Below, one piece after another: positions 63,942-64,000 of a stretch of DNA of 64,000 nucleotides. The stretch lies in assembly GCA_000934665.2 (NCBI GenBank), contig JYFJ02001036.1, positions 1 to 64,000 on the forward strand, in the 5' to 3' direction. This stretch comes from Catajapyx aquilonaris (lineage: Eukaryota). The notes beneath the pieces were generated by a model. That model made no database searches and was not told where the DNA came from. It was given only the letters and a program-made list of their open reading frames with translations. Position 1 is the stretch's first letter. Each line of letters begins with the position of its first letter. The position numbers were made by a program, and so were the translations under genes.

Positions 63942-64000
63942 CAACAGCAACAAACACGACCTCCCCTAGCAGACACCGTTAGCAATGAAGGAGACGCAAG
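63942..64000 (-). mobile_element. Diverged copy of the 44562-44809 retroposon, cut by the window edge
   Basis: CAACAGCAACAAACACGAC...CCCTA...AGCAATGAAGGAGACGCAAG matches CAACAACATCACGAC...CCCTA...AGCGATGAAGGGAGACGCAAG. Confidence 0.65.

Noticed and set aside
55500..64000. Search for the DGK first C1-domain exon or start codon, including the purine/pyrimidine-skewed 59200-59700 region
   Set aside because: No C1a-like peptide was recognised; the ORFs there are low-complexity. N-terminal exons probably lie outside the window.
1..64000. CRISPR arrays, operons, rRNA, horizontally acquired prokaryotic genes
   Set aside because: No regularly spaced repeats, long intronless ORFs or rRNA-like sequence were seen; most short ORFs in the track are non-coding noise.

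Overview
Eukaryotic, intron-rich animal DNA, most likely arthropod (inferred from protein families and repeat types; species not determinable). I hand-spliced four protein-coding genes using GT-AG junctions with consistent phases. (1) A secreted acid/gastric-type lipase on the - strand, running off the left edge. (2) TRMT11 tRNA m2G10 methyltransferase on the - strand, complete, 8 exons. (3) An SLC35F3/F4-like transporter on the + strand, complete, 9 coding exons. (4) Diacylglycerol kinase theta on the - strand; its N-terminal exon(s) were not found in the window. Introns hold many non-autonomous DNA transposons (mariner, pogo/Tigger, hAT/P-like, foldback MITEs, one nested pair), tRNA-derived SINEs and LINE/Penelope fragments, several with readable target-site duplications. 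I found no prokaryote-type system, CRISPR array or intact autonomous element. The most interesting signal is the predicted isoform architecture of DGK-theta: two duplicated alternative last exons (only one ends in a PDZ-type motif), several frame-preserving cassette exons and a tandem donor. The SLC35F gene also has a candidate 30-nt microexon. All splice models come from sequence alone and need transcript data.
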